A stretch of 64,000 nucleotides of DNA from Eledone cirrhosa (taxonomy: Eukaryota). The stretch covers positions 5,518,001-5,582,000 of the forward strand of contig OZ024760.1 in the NCBI GenBank assembly GCA_964016885.1, given 5' to 3'. A model generated the notes under the pieces. It searched no databases, was not told where the DNA came from, and was given only the letters and a program-made list of their open reading frames with translations. The position numbers and the translations under genes are program-made. Positions 14,124 through 27,500 of this stretch are shown here, in pieces. Position 1 is the first letter of the stretch. Every line of letters begins with the position of its first letter.

Positions 14124-14904
14124 CAAAATCTATAAAGACTTGAAAACATTGAAAGTTCCTAAAAAATATCTTTAAATCTAAAAAAATCAAAAAATTTCTT
14201 TAAAAAAAATTTTCTTTTTTTGATGCAAAGGTGTTGTGATACAAATTTGTGGGGTCGTTTCTTTATCATCCGCTCCCTGTATGAATATTTCGATACAATA
14301 AGAAAAGGCAATTTGTTCCAGTAAAGTTTTGATAGGTTATTATTATTTTTTTAAAAACAATTTCCTGGTTTTGAGAAATTATTTTGTTGGGTTTTTTTAA
14401 AAACAATTTCCTGGTTTTGAGAGAACTTGTAACTACAGAAATTCCCCTAACGATTTTCACAATTAATGAACTGATAATTAGTGTCAAAATTAGATCTGTT
14501 TGCTCGTTAGTCACTGAGAAGACAACCTGTTAGTGTATTACAAGTCTGTCCACACCACAGTACATGCTCTTCCACTCTCTCTCTCTCTACGTGGACACAA
14601 TAGTAAATATATTTAAATCGTTGTCAATTTAGTTTCAATTAACGAAGCAGCTATTACATGACCTCTGACCTCTGCTATTAGTAACCTTAAATTATTGTTC
14701 TGATGAGCTTTCCTCTCTGTTGTCCCGTCTTCACAAGTTTAAACAGAGCACCAGATTGGTGACTATATCTCATCCATTTACATTTCAATTTCCTAAATAA
14801 AATTATAAATTCTATTCTGATAGCTTCCTCTCCTTCACATCTTACCTATGAAATTCTCTTGCTTTCCTGATCACTACAATTTGCAAAGTCATCAATTGTC
14901 ATCT

Positions 14905-16380
14905 TCTCCCTTCTCGGTAACCCTTTGCATTTTAGTCATGTCCAACTAATGCTAGCATGGAACAATGGTCATAAAATGATGATGATGATGGCTTTATTTC
15001 CTTGCTTGGGATTATGTTCTCTGTCTTGTCCTTCTCCCTTCTCAGTAACCCCTTACATTTTAGTGGCTTTATTGCCTTACTTGGGAATGTATTCTCTCTG
15101 TCTTGTCCTTCTCCCTTCTCAGTAACCCCTTACATTTTAGTGGCTTTATTGCCTTACTTGGGATTATGTTCTCTCTGTCTTGACCATCTCCCTCTCAGTA
15201 ACCCCTTACATTTTAGTGGCTTTATTGCCTTACTTGGGATTATGTTCTCTCTGTCTTGTTCTTCTCCCTTCTCAGTAACCCCTTGCATTTTAGTGGCTTT
15301 ATTGCCTTACTTGGGATTATGTTCTCTCTGTCTTGACCATCTCCCTTCTCAGTAACCCCTTACATTTTAGTGGCTTTATTGCCTTACTTGAGATTATGTT
15401 CTCTCTGTCTTGACCATCTCCCTTCTCAGTAACCCCTTACATTTTAGTGGCTTTATTGCCTTACTTGGGATTATGTTCTCTCTGTCTTGACCATCTCCCT
15501 TCTCAGTAACCCCTTACATTTTAGTGGCTTTATTGCCTTACTTGGGATTATGTTCTCTCTGTCTTGACCATCTCCCTTCTCAGTAACCCCTTACATTTTA
15601 GTGGCTTTATTGCCTTACTTGGGATTATGTTCTCTCTGTCTTGTCTTCTCCCTTCTCAGTAACCCCTTACATTTTAGTGGCTTTATTGCCTAGCTTGGGA
15701 TTATGTTCTCTCTGTCTTGTCCTTCTCCCTTCTCAGTAACCCCTTACATTTTAGTGGCTTTATTGCCTTACTTGGGATTATGTTCTCTCTGTCTTGTCCT
15801 TCTCCCTTCTCAGTAACCCCTTGCATTTTAGTGGCTTTATTGCCTTACTTGGGATTATGTTCTCTCTGTCTTGACCATCTCCCTTCTCAGTAACCCCTTA
15901 CATTTTAGTGGCTTTATTGCCTTACTTGAGATTATGTTCTCTCTGTCTTGACCATCTCCCTTCTCAGTAACCCCTTACATTTTAGTGGCTTTATTGCCTT
16001 ACTTGGGATTATGTTCTCTCTGTCTTGTCCTTCTCCCTCTCAGTAACCCCTTACATTTTAGTGGCTTTATTGCCTTACTTGGGATTATGTTCTCTCTGTC
16101 TTGACCATCTCCCTTCTCAGTAACCCCTTACATTTTAGTGGCTTTATTGCCTTACTTGGGATTATGTTCTCTCTGTCTTGACCATCTCCCTTCTCAGTAA
16201 CCCCTTGCATTTTAGTGGCTTTATTCCCTAGCTTGGGATTATGTTCTCTCTGCCTTATCCTTCTCCCTTCTCAGTAACCCCTTGCATTTTAGTGGCTTTA
16301 TTGCCTTACTTGGGAATATATTCTCTCTGTCTTGTCCTTCTCCCTTCTCAGTAACCCCTTACATTTTAGTGGCTTTATTT
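14905..16380. repeat. 77-bp minisatellite (~18 copies)
   Basis: Unit tctcccttctcagtaaccccttacattttagtggctttattgccttacttgggattatgttctctctgtcttgacca with period 77 (15361 to 15438). Confidence 0.95.
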
Positions 16381-17520
16381 ATATATACAGTAATGTAAAT
16401 GCTAAAGGGTTAAATCAATTTGCCATAAAAAAGTTTAAGCTGTAATTTAGTACATAACATTATAATGAAAAGTTTTAATTTAAATATGAATACTTTAAAA
16501 TGAGGGGGTTTTATTATGGAACCATGGGTATCACATGGGGTAACTGACCTTTTAACTTCATCCCAATAACATTTAGCATAGTTTGAATTGTTCTCTTGTA
16601 TTTAAACCTATCAATTGTATCACAAAGTGCTTGGCTATTATGTCTCCTGGTACCACCCTCCACCACCATTTACCATCCCCCACTTGGCCATTAAAGAAAT
16701 ATACACACTATATTACTAATACTGATGATGATGATGTAATTAGTAGTTTCCTGTTAATGAGGTCATTTTCTAATTAAGTTTGTTTTATGCCATCACCACC
16801 ACCACCACTGCTACCACCACCAACACTACCACTGCTATCACCACCACTACTGCTACCACCACCACCACCACTACTGCCACCACCACCATCACTACTGTTA
16901 CCACCACTACTGCTACCACCACCACTACTGCTACCACCACTACCACTACTGTTACCACCACCACCACTTCTACTACTGCCACCACTACTAAATTGAAATG
17001 ACACTTCCCCCTTGCACACTTTCCTTTCTCTGTTCTCTCTTTCCCCTTCCTTCTCTCTTCCTCTCTGCCTGTCCCCCCCCCCCCCTCTCTATATATATAT
17101 ATATTAGTTTTGCAAGGTTTTTGATATGAAATCGTGTGTTGAAACCAATATTGTTATACTTGGTCAGTCAATAGTAACATTGAGGACCGAATAAATTAAA
17201 TTAACCGATATAAAAGACACAGAAGCAAAAACCGACCAAACAGTGAGTGTGTTCTGTTATTAATTCTGGCAATATTATTACACAAATATGACCCTCCCCA
17301 AGTATAACAATATATATACATATATATATGCAGAGGTTATATTTAATTTGTTGGGATTCAACAAGCTTAAACATTTATTTTTATAACTGATATAAAGCAC
17401 TCAACGGATAAGTGGAGTAAATACACATCATCATCATCATCATCATCGTTTAACGTCCATCTTCCACGCTTGCATACACAATATATTAATAAATGGAAAC
17501 TATATTTATAAAACCATATT

Positions 17521-17585
17521 TATTTTATTATACATATTTCAAGGGCAACCAAGGCAAATTATGGTGCGCTTTCATCAGATAAAAA
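17521..17585 (-). ncRNA. Type I minimal hammerhead ribozyme
   Basis: UUUUAU-CUGAUGA-AAG C GCACCA...UGGUUGC C CUU-GAAA-U(AUGU)A-UA|AUAAAA. Same element family as the 44235 and 49617 copies. Confidence 0.8.
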
Positions 17586-18477
17586 AAAAGACAACCTTAA
17601 CGGTTGGAGCTTCCTGGATAGCTATCCAGGAAGCTCCAACCGTTAAGATTATCTGTTTGACATTTATTTTCCATACTTGCATGGTATGAGCCTAGACAGG
17701 TGATGTGGCCTGTTTGTACCAGGAGACTTTTGTTGTGGCACCAGCACTACCACCTTACAGAGTTGACTGGGTACTCTTTGTCATGGCACCAACACTACCA
17801 TCTTACAGAGTGGACTGGGTGCTCTTTGTCATGGCACCAGCACTACCTCCTTACAGAGTGGACTGGGTGCTTTTTGTCATGGTACCAGCACTACCACCTT
17901 ACATCCTTTCTAAGTCGATAAAGAAAGTAGCCCCCCCCCGATAGTGCTGTCCCCTTTCCTTCTCGCTTTCACATTCAGGATGCTCCACTGGATCAAGGAA
18001 TGGAGGGCCAAGTGGGTGTCTGTTCACAACTGTATGGTCACCTAAAACTCTTCACCCCTACCCCACCCCCCAAAAAAACATGCTACATGCTACCAACTCA
18101 TACTTGATTGTGAGTGATGGCTGAACTTATCAATTAATCCATGCTCTAACAACTCTAATTATCTGCCTAGCCTTAACGAACAAAGGTAGAATCAGCGTTA
18201 AAGTATACACTGTGGGGTGGGGGGTGGGGGGTATGAATTTTTTCAGACAGTGGCTCTTTGTGAAGACAGACGGAGGGAGCATAGTAACCCAACAGTGTTA
18301 AGGTGGGGGTAGGGAGAAATAGAACATGCAGTAATAATGGTAGATATGATGCGGAAGTGTGTGGGGTAAAGGTGTCTTTCAGCAGAAAAGAGTGGGTGTG
18401 GAATCAAGGGAAATAAGCCTGATTGACATGCGTGGGAGAATTCAGTGGAGTGGAGTGAAATGAAATGTGAGGTATGG

Positions 18478-18508
<31 letters not shown>

Positions 18509-18860
18509 GAGGAGTGGGAGTGAATAAGGAACTGTATGTGTGTCTTTGGAATGAATAATAGTGTGTGTGTGTGTGGAATAAAATAATAAATGTGAGCGTG
18601 TAAAAAATAATGAATTTAATGTGTTTGTTGTGTGTAGGTGGTATCAGCAGATGGTAATGGGTGTGTGGGGGGGGGGGGGGGTAAAATAGTTTTATATACA
18701 CAGCTTTGTGTTTATAAAAGAAATCCAACATAAATTTCATGTAAGTATAACGAGATACAGTTTTGTAAACCTCAGGAAATTTAAACAAATGTGTAAAGCA
18801 TTCTGGTTTTCTCTTTGTATTCAGAAAAACCCATAAAAGATTACTGTATATTTCTGTGTG

Positions 18861-18898
<38 letters not shown>

Positions 18899-19279
18899 TG
18901 TATGTATAGTATATTTGGCAATATACCGTATGTTTAATTAAAAACATTTTGAAGACCTTGCGCTATCATTTTTAAAGTAGTGACTATGTCACTTACTTCT
19001 TTTTCGTCAAAAGAAGGGAGAGAAGCCAACAGAGTCTGTTTCACGCTGTTGGCGATCCTCAGTGCCTTTGCCGAAAATTATAGAGGCTGGATTCTTATAG
19101 AATTCCAGTAAGAATCAGGAGCTGATTATACAGAGCGATTGCCAGTCCAGCAAAAATTAGGTATTAGAAATAATAACAGATCACACTCACTGTTTGGTTT
19201 GGATTGGTTTTCGTTTCTGTATCTTTTATATATCTCCATAGTTAATTTATCTGGCAATCAATGTTTGTCATTGATTGAC

Positions 19280-19550
19280 CAAATGAGGTCATGTAGGTGT
19301 CACAACAAAAAAACACACAGTCCACGCTGTAATGTGGCCGTGTAGGTAACATGGTAAAAAGCTCCCAGTCCACACTGTAAATGTGGTTGGTGTTAGGAAG
19401 GGCATCCAGCCATAGAAAACCTGCCAACCTCATTTACAGTGTGGACTGGGTGCTTTTTGTCGTGACTTGTACACGACTACTTTACTGTGTGGGCTGGGTA
19501 CTTTTTACAGAGTCACCATCACAACCATTTTACAGTGTGGGCTGGGCTCT

Positions 19551-19582
<32 letters not shown>

Positions 19583-19812
19583 CACACACACACATATACA
19601 TCATCATCATCGTTTAACATCCATCTTCCACGCTAGCATGGGTTAGATGGGAGTTGTCCCACTTGAGGCAAGCTTCCGTGTCTCGCTCATAGAGGACTAT
19701 CTGGCGGGTTTTCTACGGCTGGATGCCTTTCCCAACCACATTTACAGTGTGGACTGGGAACTTTTTACCGTGTTAGTGACACGGCCACATTACAGCGTGG
19801 ACTCTGTGTTTT
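19280..19812. mobile_element. Cluster of RTE 3'UTR fragments in both orientations
   Basis: + fragment at 19280-19430 and - fragments at 19430-19550 and 19600-19812, carrying GTTAGGAAGGGCATCCAGC / acagtgtggactggg motifs. Confidence 0.65.
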
Positions 19813-20523
19813 TGTCTATATTATGTAATATATCCAAATTCTCTATTTGCAATTTATTTTTTCAATTATAGGCAAGTTTTTCATTAGAAATATAGTAACA
19901 TATTTAGAATTAAATAGTTTCAAATTTAATCCTCTCATTATGTTGTGATCTAACTGTTTTAGGAGCAATCTGTTAGCCATCAAACAAAACATCAGAAACT
20001 TAATCAAACAAGTAAATTCTCATGAATAAATTAAAGGCTTCCATTAGCAGCAGGCATAAATTACATGATGTTGATTTGTTATTGTGGCTCTACAAGTGTG
20101 CAAATGTCACCACCCCTTTGACCCAATAATCTACACTGGAGAACCCAACTCACCACCATCACAATTGTTTCTTCTTTTGAAAAAGGAGTCTTAACTTCAA
20201 AAGATATGCGGTGCCCCAGCATGGCCTCAGCCGGATGGCTGAAACAGGTAAAAGAGTATAAACACACACACATATATCATCTTCCTGTATCCCACCCTTC
20301 CCTTCAGGCATTGGCTGCTACTACTTAAAATTTATTAAACATCTTAATGGCCAAACATTCTTAATATAGTTCCTTTTCCTCTCCCCCCCCCCCCCCTCCT
20401 CCCCCTCCCAAGCCCCCCCCCCCCTCTTTTCTATAGACAGAAGTTAAATCATGTTTAAAATTTGTAATGTTTTTAAGATTATTAACTTCGCAGCTGCTAG
20501 TTATGTTTGCGTGTGTGTGTATA

Positions 20524-20578
<55 letters not shown>

Positions 20579-20589
20579 ATGTGTATATG

Positions 20590-20620
<31 letters not shown>

Positions 20621-21005
20621 GTATATATAAGGGCGGTGCCCCAGCATGGCCTCAGCCGGATGGCTGAAACAGGTAAAAGAGTAAAAGAGTAAAAGAATAT
20701 ATACACACATATATAAATGAGTGAGAGAAAGAGATGGGGTGGGTTCTGTGTGTAGGTGGATGTATGTAAATGTTGGTGTATATATGTGTATATGTACATG
20801 CATGTATATGTATGTAATTGTACATGTATGTATATATACATGTATGTATATATTTATACATGTATGTGTATGTATATATATATGTATATACATGTATATG
20901 TCTATGTATGTGTATGTATCTATATATGTTTGTTTAAATGTTTGCAAAGCAATTCCTGCAAGGCCTGACTAGTCTATTGAATTGATTTTTGACATTTAGT
21001 TAAAA

Positions 21006-21043
<38 letters not shown>

Positions 21044-22057
21044 ACACACATACGCACGCACACACATACACATACATACACACACATACACATACACATT
21101 CACATACAAACGTACAAACTCATACACACAACCACACACATAGCCACAGCCACACACATACAAACGTACAAACACATGCACACAACCACACACATACAAA
21201 CAGCCACACACATACAAACGTACAAACACATACACACAACCACACACATATACACATACAAATGTACAAACACATGCACACAACCACACACATACAAACA
21301 GCCACACACATACAAACGTACAAACACATACACACAGCCACAGCCACACATACAAACGTACAAACACATACACACAACCACACACATACACACAGCCACA
21401 CACATACACATACAAATGTACAAACACATGCACACAACCACACACATACAAACGTACAAACACATGCACACAACCACACACAAACAGCCACACACATACA
21501 AACGTACAAACACATACACACACATACAAACATACAAACACATACACATACAAACGTACAAACACATGCACACAGCCGCACATATACATATACAAACACA
21601 CACACATACACATACACATAGAAACATACAAACCTACGCACACATAACCACACTCATACACATACAAATGTACAAATACACACATACAACTATACACAGC
21701 CACAACTACACACACTCAACTTTACACAGACAACTATACACAGCCTTACACACACACACACTCAACTACACACACAAACATACAGTGTTTGTATTAGACC
21801 AAAATACTGTTTGTTGACCCACTGCCACAGGGACAGTAGGGCTGGAGAGGGTGGTGGTGGTGGTGGTGGAGGTGACATGGGGTCAGTTTGGGTCCACTGG
21901 TTTAAAAATAGTTTAATGACATTCAGTGAACTTGGTAGGGGAGGCGGCGGAAGAAGTGGTGGTGGTGGTGGGAGTGGGGGAACAGTTGACACTTTTCACT
22001 AATCACTGACTTCACTGACTTGGTTACCCCACCTCCCAAGAGCAACCAGGCCCCATG

Positions 22058-22410
22058 AAGTGGAATGACATCTTGTCAAACCTCTGGTATTCTTGCCCCT
22101 GCCCCACCATGACCAAACCCCCCACTCTGTGTTGGCTACCTACCTGTAAGGTGTATTGGGTTCTATGAAGTGGGATGGCTTCTTGTCAAACCTTTGGTAT
22201 TCTTACCCCTGCCCTACCCTGACCAAATCCTCTCACCAGGACTGTGTTGGCTACCTGTAAGTGTGATGGGCTTCTTGAAGTGGAATGGCATCTTGTCAAA
22301 CCTTTGGTATTCTTACCCCTGCCCTACCCTGACCAAATCCCTACTCTGTGTTGGCTAACTGCAACAATGAGGGACTCCATGAAGTGGAATGGTATCTTGT
22401 AAAACCTCAG
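22058..22410. repeat. ~110-bp tandem repeat (3.5 copies) just upstream of the exon at 22591
   Basis: gaagtggaatggcatcttgtcaaacctttggtattcttacccctgccc recurs at about 22058, 22167, 22277 and 22381. Confidence 0.8.
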
Positions 22411-22517
22411 TGTTGGCTCCCTACAGCTGTGCAGTAGCAGAGCATTGAAATGCAGCCCATAGCAATGTGTAAATAAATAATAATAATACTAATCATTGGT
22501 TTTATTGAATTTTGAAT

Positions 22518-22550
<33 letters not shown>

Positions 22551-22590
22551 GTATATTTATATTTATATTTTTTTCTTTTCCCCCCCTTAG

Positions 22591-22655
22591 CGACTCAAAG
22601 AAGAAATCGCAGATGTCACGGCTGAACTGGAAAGTATGGATCTCCCAGAAGACAC
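22591..22655 (+). CDS. CYTH: Cytohesin coiled-coil exon (probable exon 3): RLKEEIADVTAELESMDLPED(T)
   Basis: Strong acceptor ttttcttttcccccccttAG and canonical donor GTGAGT at 22656. The 65-nt phase 0 to phase 2 exon matches the cytohesin RLKDEIAEVANEIENL-like motif that directly follows the previous exon's peptide. Confidence 0.9.
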
Positions 22656-23007
22656 GTGAGTACTTTTATTTTGCTGTTGTTGTTGCTAGTGACGGGAGGG
22701 TGGTGAATTGGTAGAGTTGTTGGAGCATCCAACAAAATTGCTTTGTGGCATTTGTTTTACCTTTCTCTACAAACTGGATTCAAATCCTGCTGAGGTCAAC
22801 TTTGCATTTCATCCCTCTGGGGTTGGTATAACCAAGTATGACCTGACTCCAACTTTCTGGTTATGGAATATATATATATATATATATTCCGGGTTGGTCA
22901 AAATTTATGACGACGTAGAAAAACAACAGCCAATAGCAGGACAAGCGAGGAAGATGTTTTTTGACACTAACACCCCAGTGAGAAAATTTGATCCGAAATT
23001 ATTACAA

Positions 23008-23095
23008 GTGTCTGACGAACCTGCAGGTCCAGAATCAGACAGATCCATACAATGATTGTGTCTCGAGCTGTCTGCTGGCGAAACAATTGTAACAC
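23008..23095 (+). ncRNA. Type I hammerhead ribozyme with extended stem II and palindromic stem III
   Basis: GUGU-CUGACGA-ACC U GCAG...CUGC U GGC-GAAA-C(AAUU)G-UA|ACAC. Stem III is the palindrome ACAAUUGU with a GUA triplet. Confidence 0.75.
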
Positions 23096-23149
23096 AAAGT
23101 AAATTGAGTTCAGATGCATCACTGATTTTTTGTTTTATATTATATATAT

Positions 23150-23500
23150 CATCATCATCAACATTTAACGTCCATCTTCCACGCTTGAATGGGTTTGGAC
23201 GGGAATTTTCCCACTTGAAGCAAGATTGGTTGTCTTGCTCGTATAGGACTGTCTGGCGGGTTTTCTACGGCTGGATGCCCTTCCTAACACCAACCATGTT
23301 TACAGTGTGGACTGGGAGGTTTTTACCGTGTTACCTACACGGCCACATTACAGCGTGGACTGTGTGTTTTTTTGTCGTGACACCTACACGACTTAATTTG
23401 TTTCGGACTGGATGTTGTGGTACCAACATAACTTTACATTGACAGGGGTGGTGTGGATGGGGTGGGGGTAGTGGGACGGGGGTGTATTTTTGTTAGATAT
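23150..23500 (-). mobile_element. RTE 3'UTR/tail copy
   Basis: Reverse complement of 46500-46866 at high similarity. Confidence 0.75.
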
Positions 23501-23568
23501 ATGGATATATATATATAGAATGAGGAAAATGTGAAGTTGTAGATGTTAATAAGCCCTTTATTGATTGA

Positions 23569-23619
23569 GCTGCTATACATATTTCAATGACGATCGATAT
23601 CGTGATTTCATCAGACAGC
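23569..23619 (-). ncRNA. Type I minimal hammerhead ribozyme
   Basis: Minus strand reads GCUGU-CUGAUGA-AAU C ACGAU(AUCG)AUCGU C AUU-GAAA-U(AUGU)A-UA|GCAGC. Intact core, 5-bp stem I, paired stem II, AUA triplet. Confidence 0.85.
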
Positions 23620-24017
23620 AAAATTGAGTAAAAGGTAATGTTTCCAAAGCAGTTATGGGTGGAAAGGAGCGGACTAAATAAATTTATGTTTTTGTTTTGG
23701 TTGTCCGCTTCCTTCTAACTTTCAGAACCTCCTGACAGCTCTGCGCGCCTTGTTTCAAAACATTTTCTTGTGTTGGTAGTAAATGGTGTTCCATGGTCAT
23801 TTGAATTATCAAGCAGCATCTTGCTGTCCTCCACTGGAAATATGTTGTTTGGTTTAGATGAAATTTCATTATTGGCGTCATCTCCATGTTAATAGCAGTC
23901 GGCAGGTTCCAAAGATTAGAAGGGAGTGGACAACCAAAGCAAAAGCATACATTTTTCTTTAGTCCCCTCCCTTCCACCTATAATTGCCTCAGAAATGTTA
24001 CTTTTTACTCAACTTTG

Positions 24018-24067
24018 CTGTCTGGTGAAATCACGATATCGATCATCATTGGAATATGTTTCACAGC
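24018..24067 (+). pseudogene. Core-mutated hammerhead copy (inverted partner of 23569-23619)
   Basis: Same stem II as 23569, but the core reads CUGGUGA and GGAA instead of CUGAUGA and GAAA. Confidence 0.65.
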
Positions 24068-25849
24068 TCAATTAATAAAGCACTCTTTAACATCTACAAT
24101 ATCGCATTTTCCTCCGTTTCAAATATACTCTGTCATCCTTATTTTGAAGAAGTAATATGCCATGAAATGCTTGAATTAATTGTATCCTTGTCTACCATGT
24201 GTGTGTTTGTTGTTGACATATATATAGTGAACATACTCTCCTATAATATATTATTACTGTATATTGTACTGAAATGAACTGGTGACCTAGTTACTGTGTG
24301 GCTTTAGGGATTGGTTGGTTAGGTATAAAATTTGGTAGTGGTGGGTTGAGAGGGGGACGAGGTGACAATGTGGAGGGCATAAAACATCTTGGTGAGGGGA
24401 CATCCACTACTAAATATTCCACCTTCCCCTGCGTAGATGTTTATGTGTGTGTGTATACATGCATACATGTATACACATAAACATGTGTAGGTGTATATAC
24501 ATATATATATCTATATAAAAATTAAAAGTTGATGGTACTAGCATGGGTATCACTGCTAGGACTGGTTGCATCTCAGCGTACTCAATAGCTAATGTTAAAT
24601 AAACTCCCAGAGTATACACATAGTTATTCGCTTCGATACAGCGCACGTAAACGGGTACCTTCAATTGTTCTCAAACTTGAGTTTCGGCCACACATAATGC
24701 AACAGTACAGTGCACAGCGCCCTCTGTCTGCATATATTGTGCAACAATGCACAATCACCGCATATGACTTCAATATATATTTATATATAGTTGTATAAAA
24801 AAAATTGTAAACAAATCTATTTCAAATATCAACCCTGCATATATTTAAAAACAGAAAATTAAGGGAAGGGCAAGGGCTCTAGAGTCTCAGAAGAATGGGA
24901 GGGAGGGTGATGGGCTCTAGGCCTAGGGTACAGGGGTGTTTGGGCTGCACCCTGCAAACAAGACTCACAAAAACATGGACAATGGCCAGCAACACCCTCT
25001 GCAACAACCACCCCACCTTGCGGGGCTCCTTCCTCATAGGTATATAAGTTATAGATTTTGATGATGATAGTTTTTTTCTTCTCTTTGCCAAACTTAATTA
25101 ATGATGTCTGTTTGAGGTAGACTAATTAATAAATTAAGCAACCAGTGACTGCCTCTTAAAGGAAGGAAGCCAGAACTACTAATTTCTTATCTTATCATAT
25201 ATGTCTTATCAGGTGGGGAATTGGCAGAGTTGTAAGAATATCGGATGGATTGCTTTGTAGTATGAGTTCTTGCTCTCTGTGAGTTCAAGTTCCAGTGAGG
25301 TTAAATTTGCCTTTTATACTTTTGAGATTGATTTAAAAGAAAAAGTACCAGTCTAGTACTGGGGTTGATTCTTCCTTAATATCTCTTTCCCACTTTCTCT
25401 CTAGTGATAACTGTGTTGAATTTACGATCATAATGTCATAGGCGGTTTGATTCCTGAACTTTGCTGTGTGTTGTGTTCTTGAGCAAAACACTTCATTTCA
25501 TGTTGCTCCAGTATACTCAGCTGAAAATGAGTACCAGCTGTAGCTGGGAGCTTAACCCTGTGATGGATTGGCATCCTGTCCAGGGTTGAGCTTTGTACTC
25601 TGTCACTTCACGCCATGGGAACCAGGATAAGCACCAGCCTGATGAGCCTCCGGGCTCGAGACGGACTTTAGACTCTTTTTACTCTCTCTTCTCCTCCTTC
25701 TCTGGAAGAAATTGGCTGTGTTCAGACCTGGGGAATTCTTCCCAGGCCCATCCACTAGGGTTTGGTGCTTGGGTTGGTTTCAGAACAATCTGAGTTGGCA
25801 TTCTTTTGCCAGGAAAGGAATGTATTTCAACTAAAAAGTTCCCTGTCCA

Positions 25850-26230
25850 TTCTGTAAAGTGATACTACAACAAAAAAAGCACCGAGTGTGTTCTGTAAAG
25901 GGTGGTGCTAGAGTCATGAAAAAAAAGCTCTCATTATATGCTGTAATGGGATTGGCATTAGACAGCATAGGAAACCAAGCCCCAAACAAAACGTATGAGC
26001 AAAATGAGGTCACCAGAAGTGCCTGGTCCACCCAGTCAGTTGATCATTTTGGGGCTAATATAAAAAGCATCCAGTCTTCACTGAATATGTGGTTGGCATT
26101 AGGAAGAGCAAGCGGCCATAGAAATCAAGCCAGAAACAGTTCTGTATGAGCAAGACATGGTCATCTGATCTCATCTTTCTCAGAACAACACAACTCGTCT
26201 AGCCCATGCTAGCATGATGATAATGATGAT
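25850..26230 (+). mobile_element. Diverged RTE-tail element
   Basis: gtggttggcattaggaagagc...tagcccatgctagcatgatga. Similar shorter copies occur at 2370-2480, 11860-12028 and 17690-17900. Confidence 0.6.
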
Positions 26231-26584
26231 CTGCTTCATTTCCATCGACACAGGTTGAACAAGCTGGACCTCCGGTTTAACGAAACGTATTTACATAGTA
26301 TGGCGCCATTGTAGTAACTGGCCTAAATAACTATATTAAAATTCACCCTACAGACTTCAGTTGCCATGGATATCTTTACCATGGATATCTTTACCAAACT
26401 ATTACCACTATATATATATCTCAACTTTCATGATGAAGGACTTCTGTTCAAAACGTCGAATACTCCACTTCCACCAAACATGAACCTAATATAACTGTAA
26501 AATTGCCTCCTGTGTTTTGTTTGTTCAGTTTCAACTATATATATATATATATATATCAACGTCCATTTTCCATGCTAGCATGGG

Positions 26585-26670
<86 letters not shown>

Positions 26671-27313
26671 CTTTACAGTGTAGATGGAATGGAAATTTCA
26701 ATCTAGTACACTCTCTGATATTTTACATATGCCGGACTAATTAAGATTTTTATCTCATCAGACTTACCCCCTACCCCCCCCCCCCCTCCAATCACCCACC
26801 ACAGCCTCTCAGTTGATTAAAACCCAACAGACTAATCATTGTTTTACTTGTTAACAGTTAATGCATGCTACTGCACGCTCTCTCTCTCTCTTTCCCCCTC
26901 TCTCTCTCTCCCTCTCTCTCCTCGATCTCTTGCTCCTTTTTGCCCTCACTTTCCTCTCTCTTCTCTCTCGCTCCTTTTTGTCTTTTTCTCTCTCTCGCTC
27001 CTTTTTGCCCTCTCTCTCTCTCCCCTTGACTTTCTCCTCCCCCCTCTTTCATTTCCTAGTCTGATCTTAAGCTCACTCTCCCTAATATCTGCTGTGGCAT
27101 GAGGTGCCTGTTGAACCAGCCTGGTCCCCTTAATTGGATCTGGTGAGGCAGGATGGGAAGAGGAGGAATCATTTCTATGAAAATGGGGAAGAGAGGGTGT
27201 TGGCATTGGTGGCTGGGTAGTATAATCGGTAGAGCACCATGTAAGATACTCTGCAGTATGTAAAACATGCTGCCTATAATTGCCAGGTAATTTTTGTTGA
27301 CTAATCAAGAAAT

Positions 27314-27500
27314 GAGAGATCACAGCTCCGATACTATGGACATGTGGTTAGAATGTCTCAGGAAAGAATCGCTGGACAGATTTTATGGGCAAAACCAACA
27401 GGAAAGAGACCCAGGGGTAGACCCCAAGCAAGATGGTTGGATAACATCTATAACCTTAGTTTGTCATACTAAGGGTTCCAGTCAGATCGTTTAGAGACAG
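27314..27500 (+). mobile_element. RTE (Rex3/Expander-like) LINE ORF C-terminal fragment
   Basis: ERSQLRYYGHVVRMSQERIAGQILWAKPTGKRPRGRPQARWLDNI, a typical ERSQLR.GH.RM...G.RPRGRP..RW motif. Confidence 0.8.

Noticed and set aside
23684-23977. 97-aa ORF within the inverted repeat as a Penelope GIY-YIG/RT fragment
   Set aside because: No recognisable GIY-YIG or RT motif in the frames I read.
26695-26765. Minus-strand CUGAUGA...GAAA
   Set aside because: No convincing stem I, stem III or UH triplet. Isolated CTGATGA at 14700, 25639 and 47716 was rejected for the same reason.
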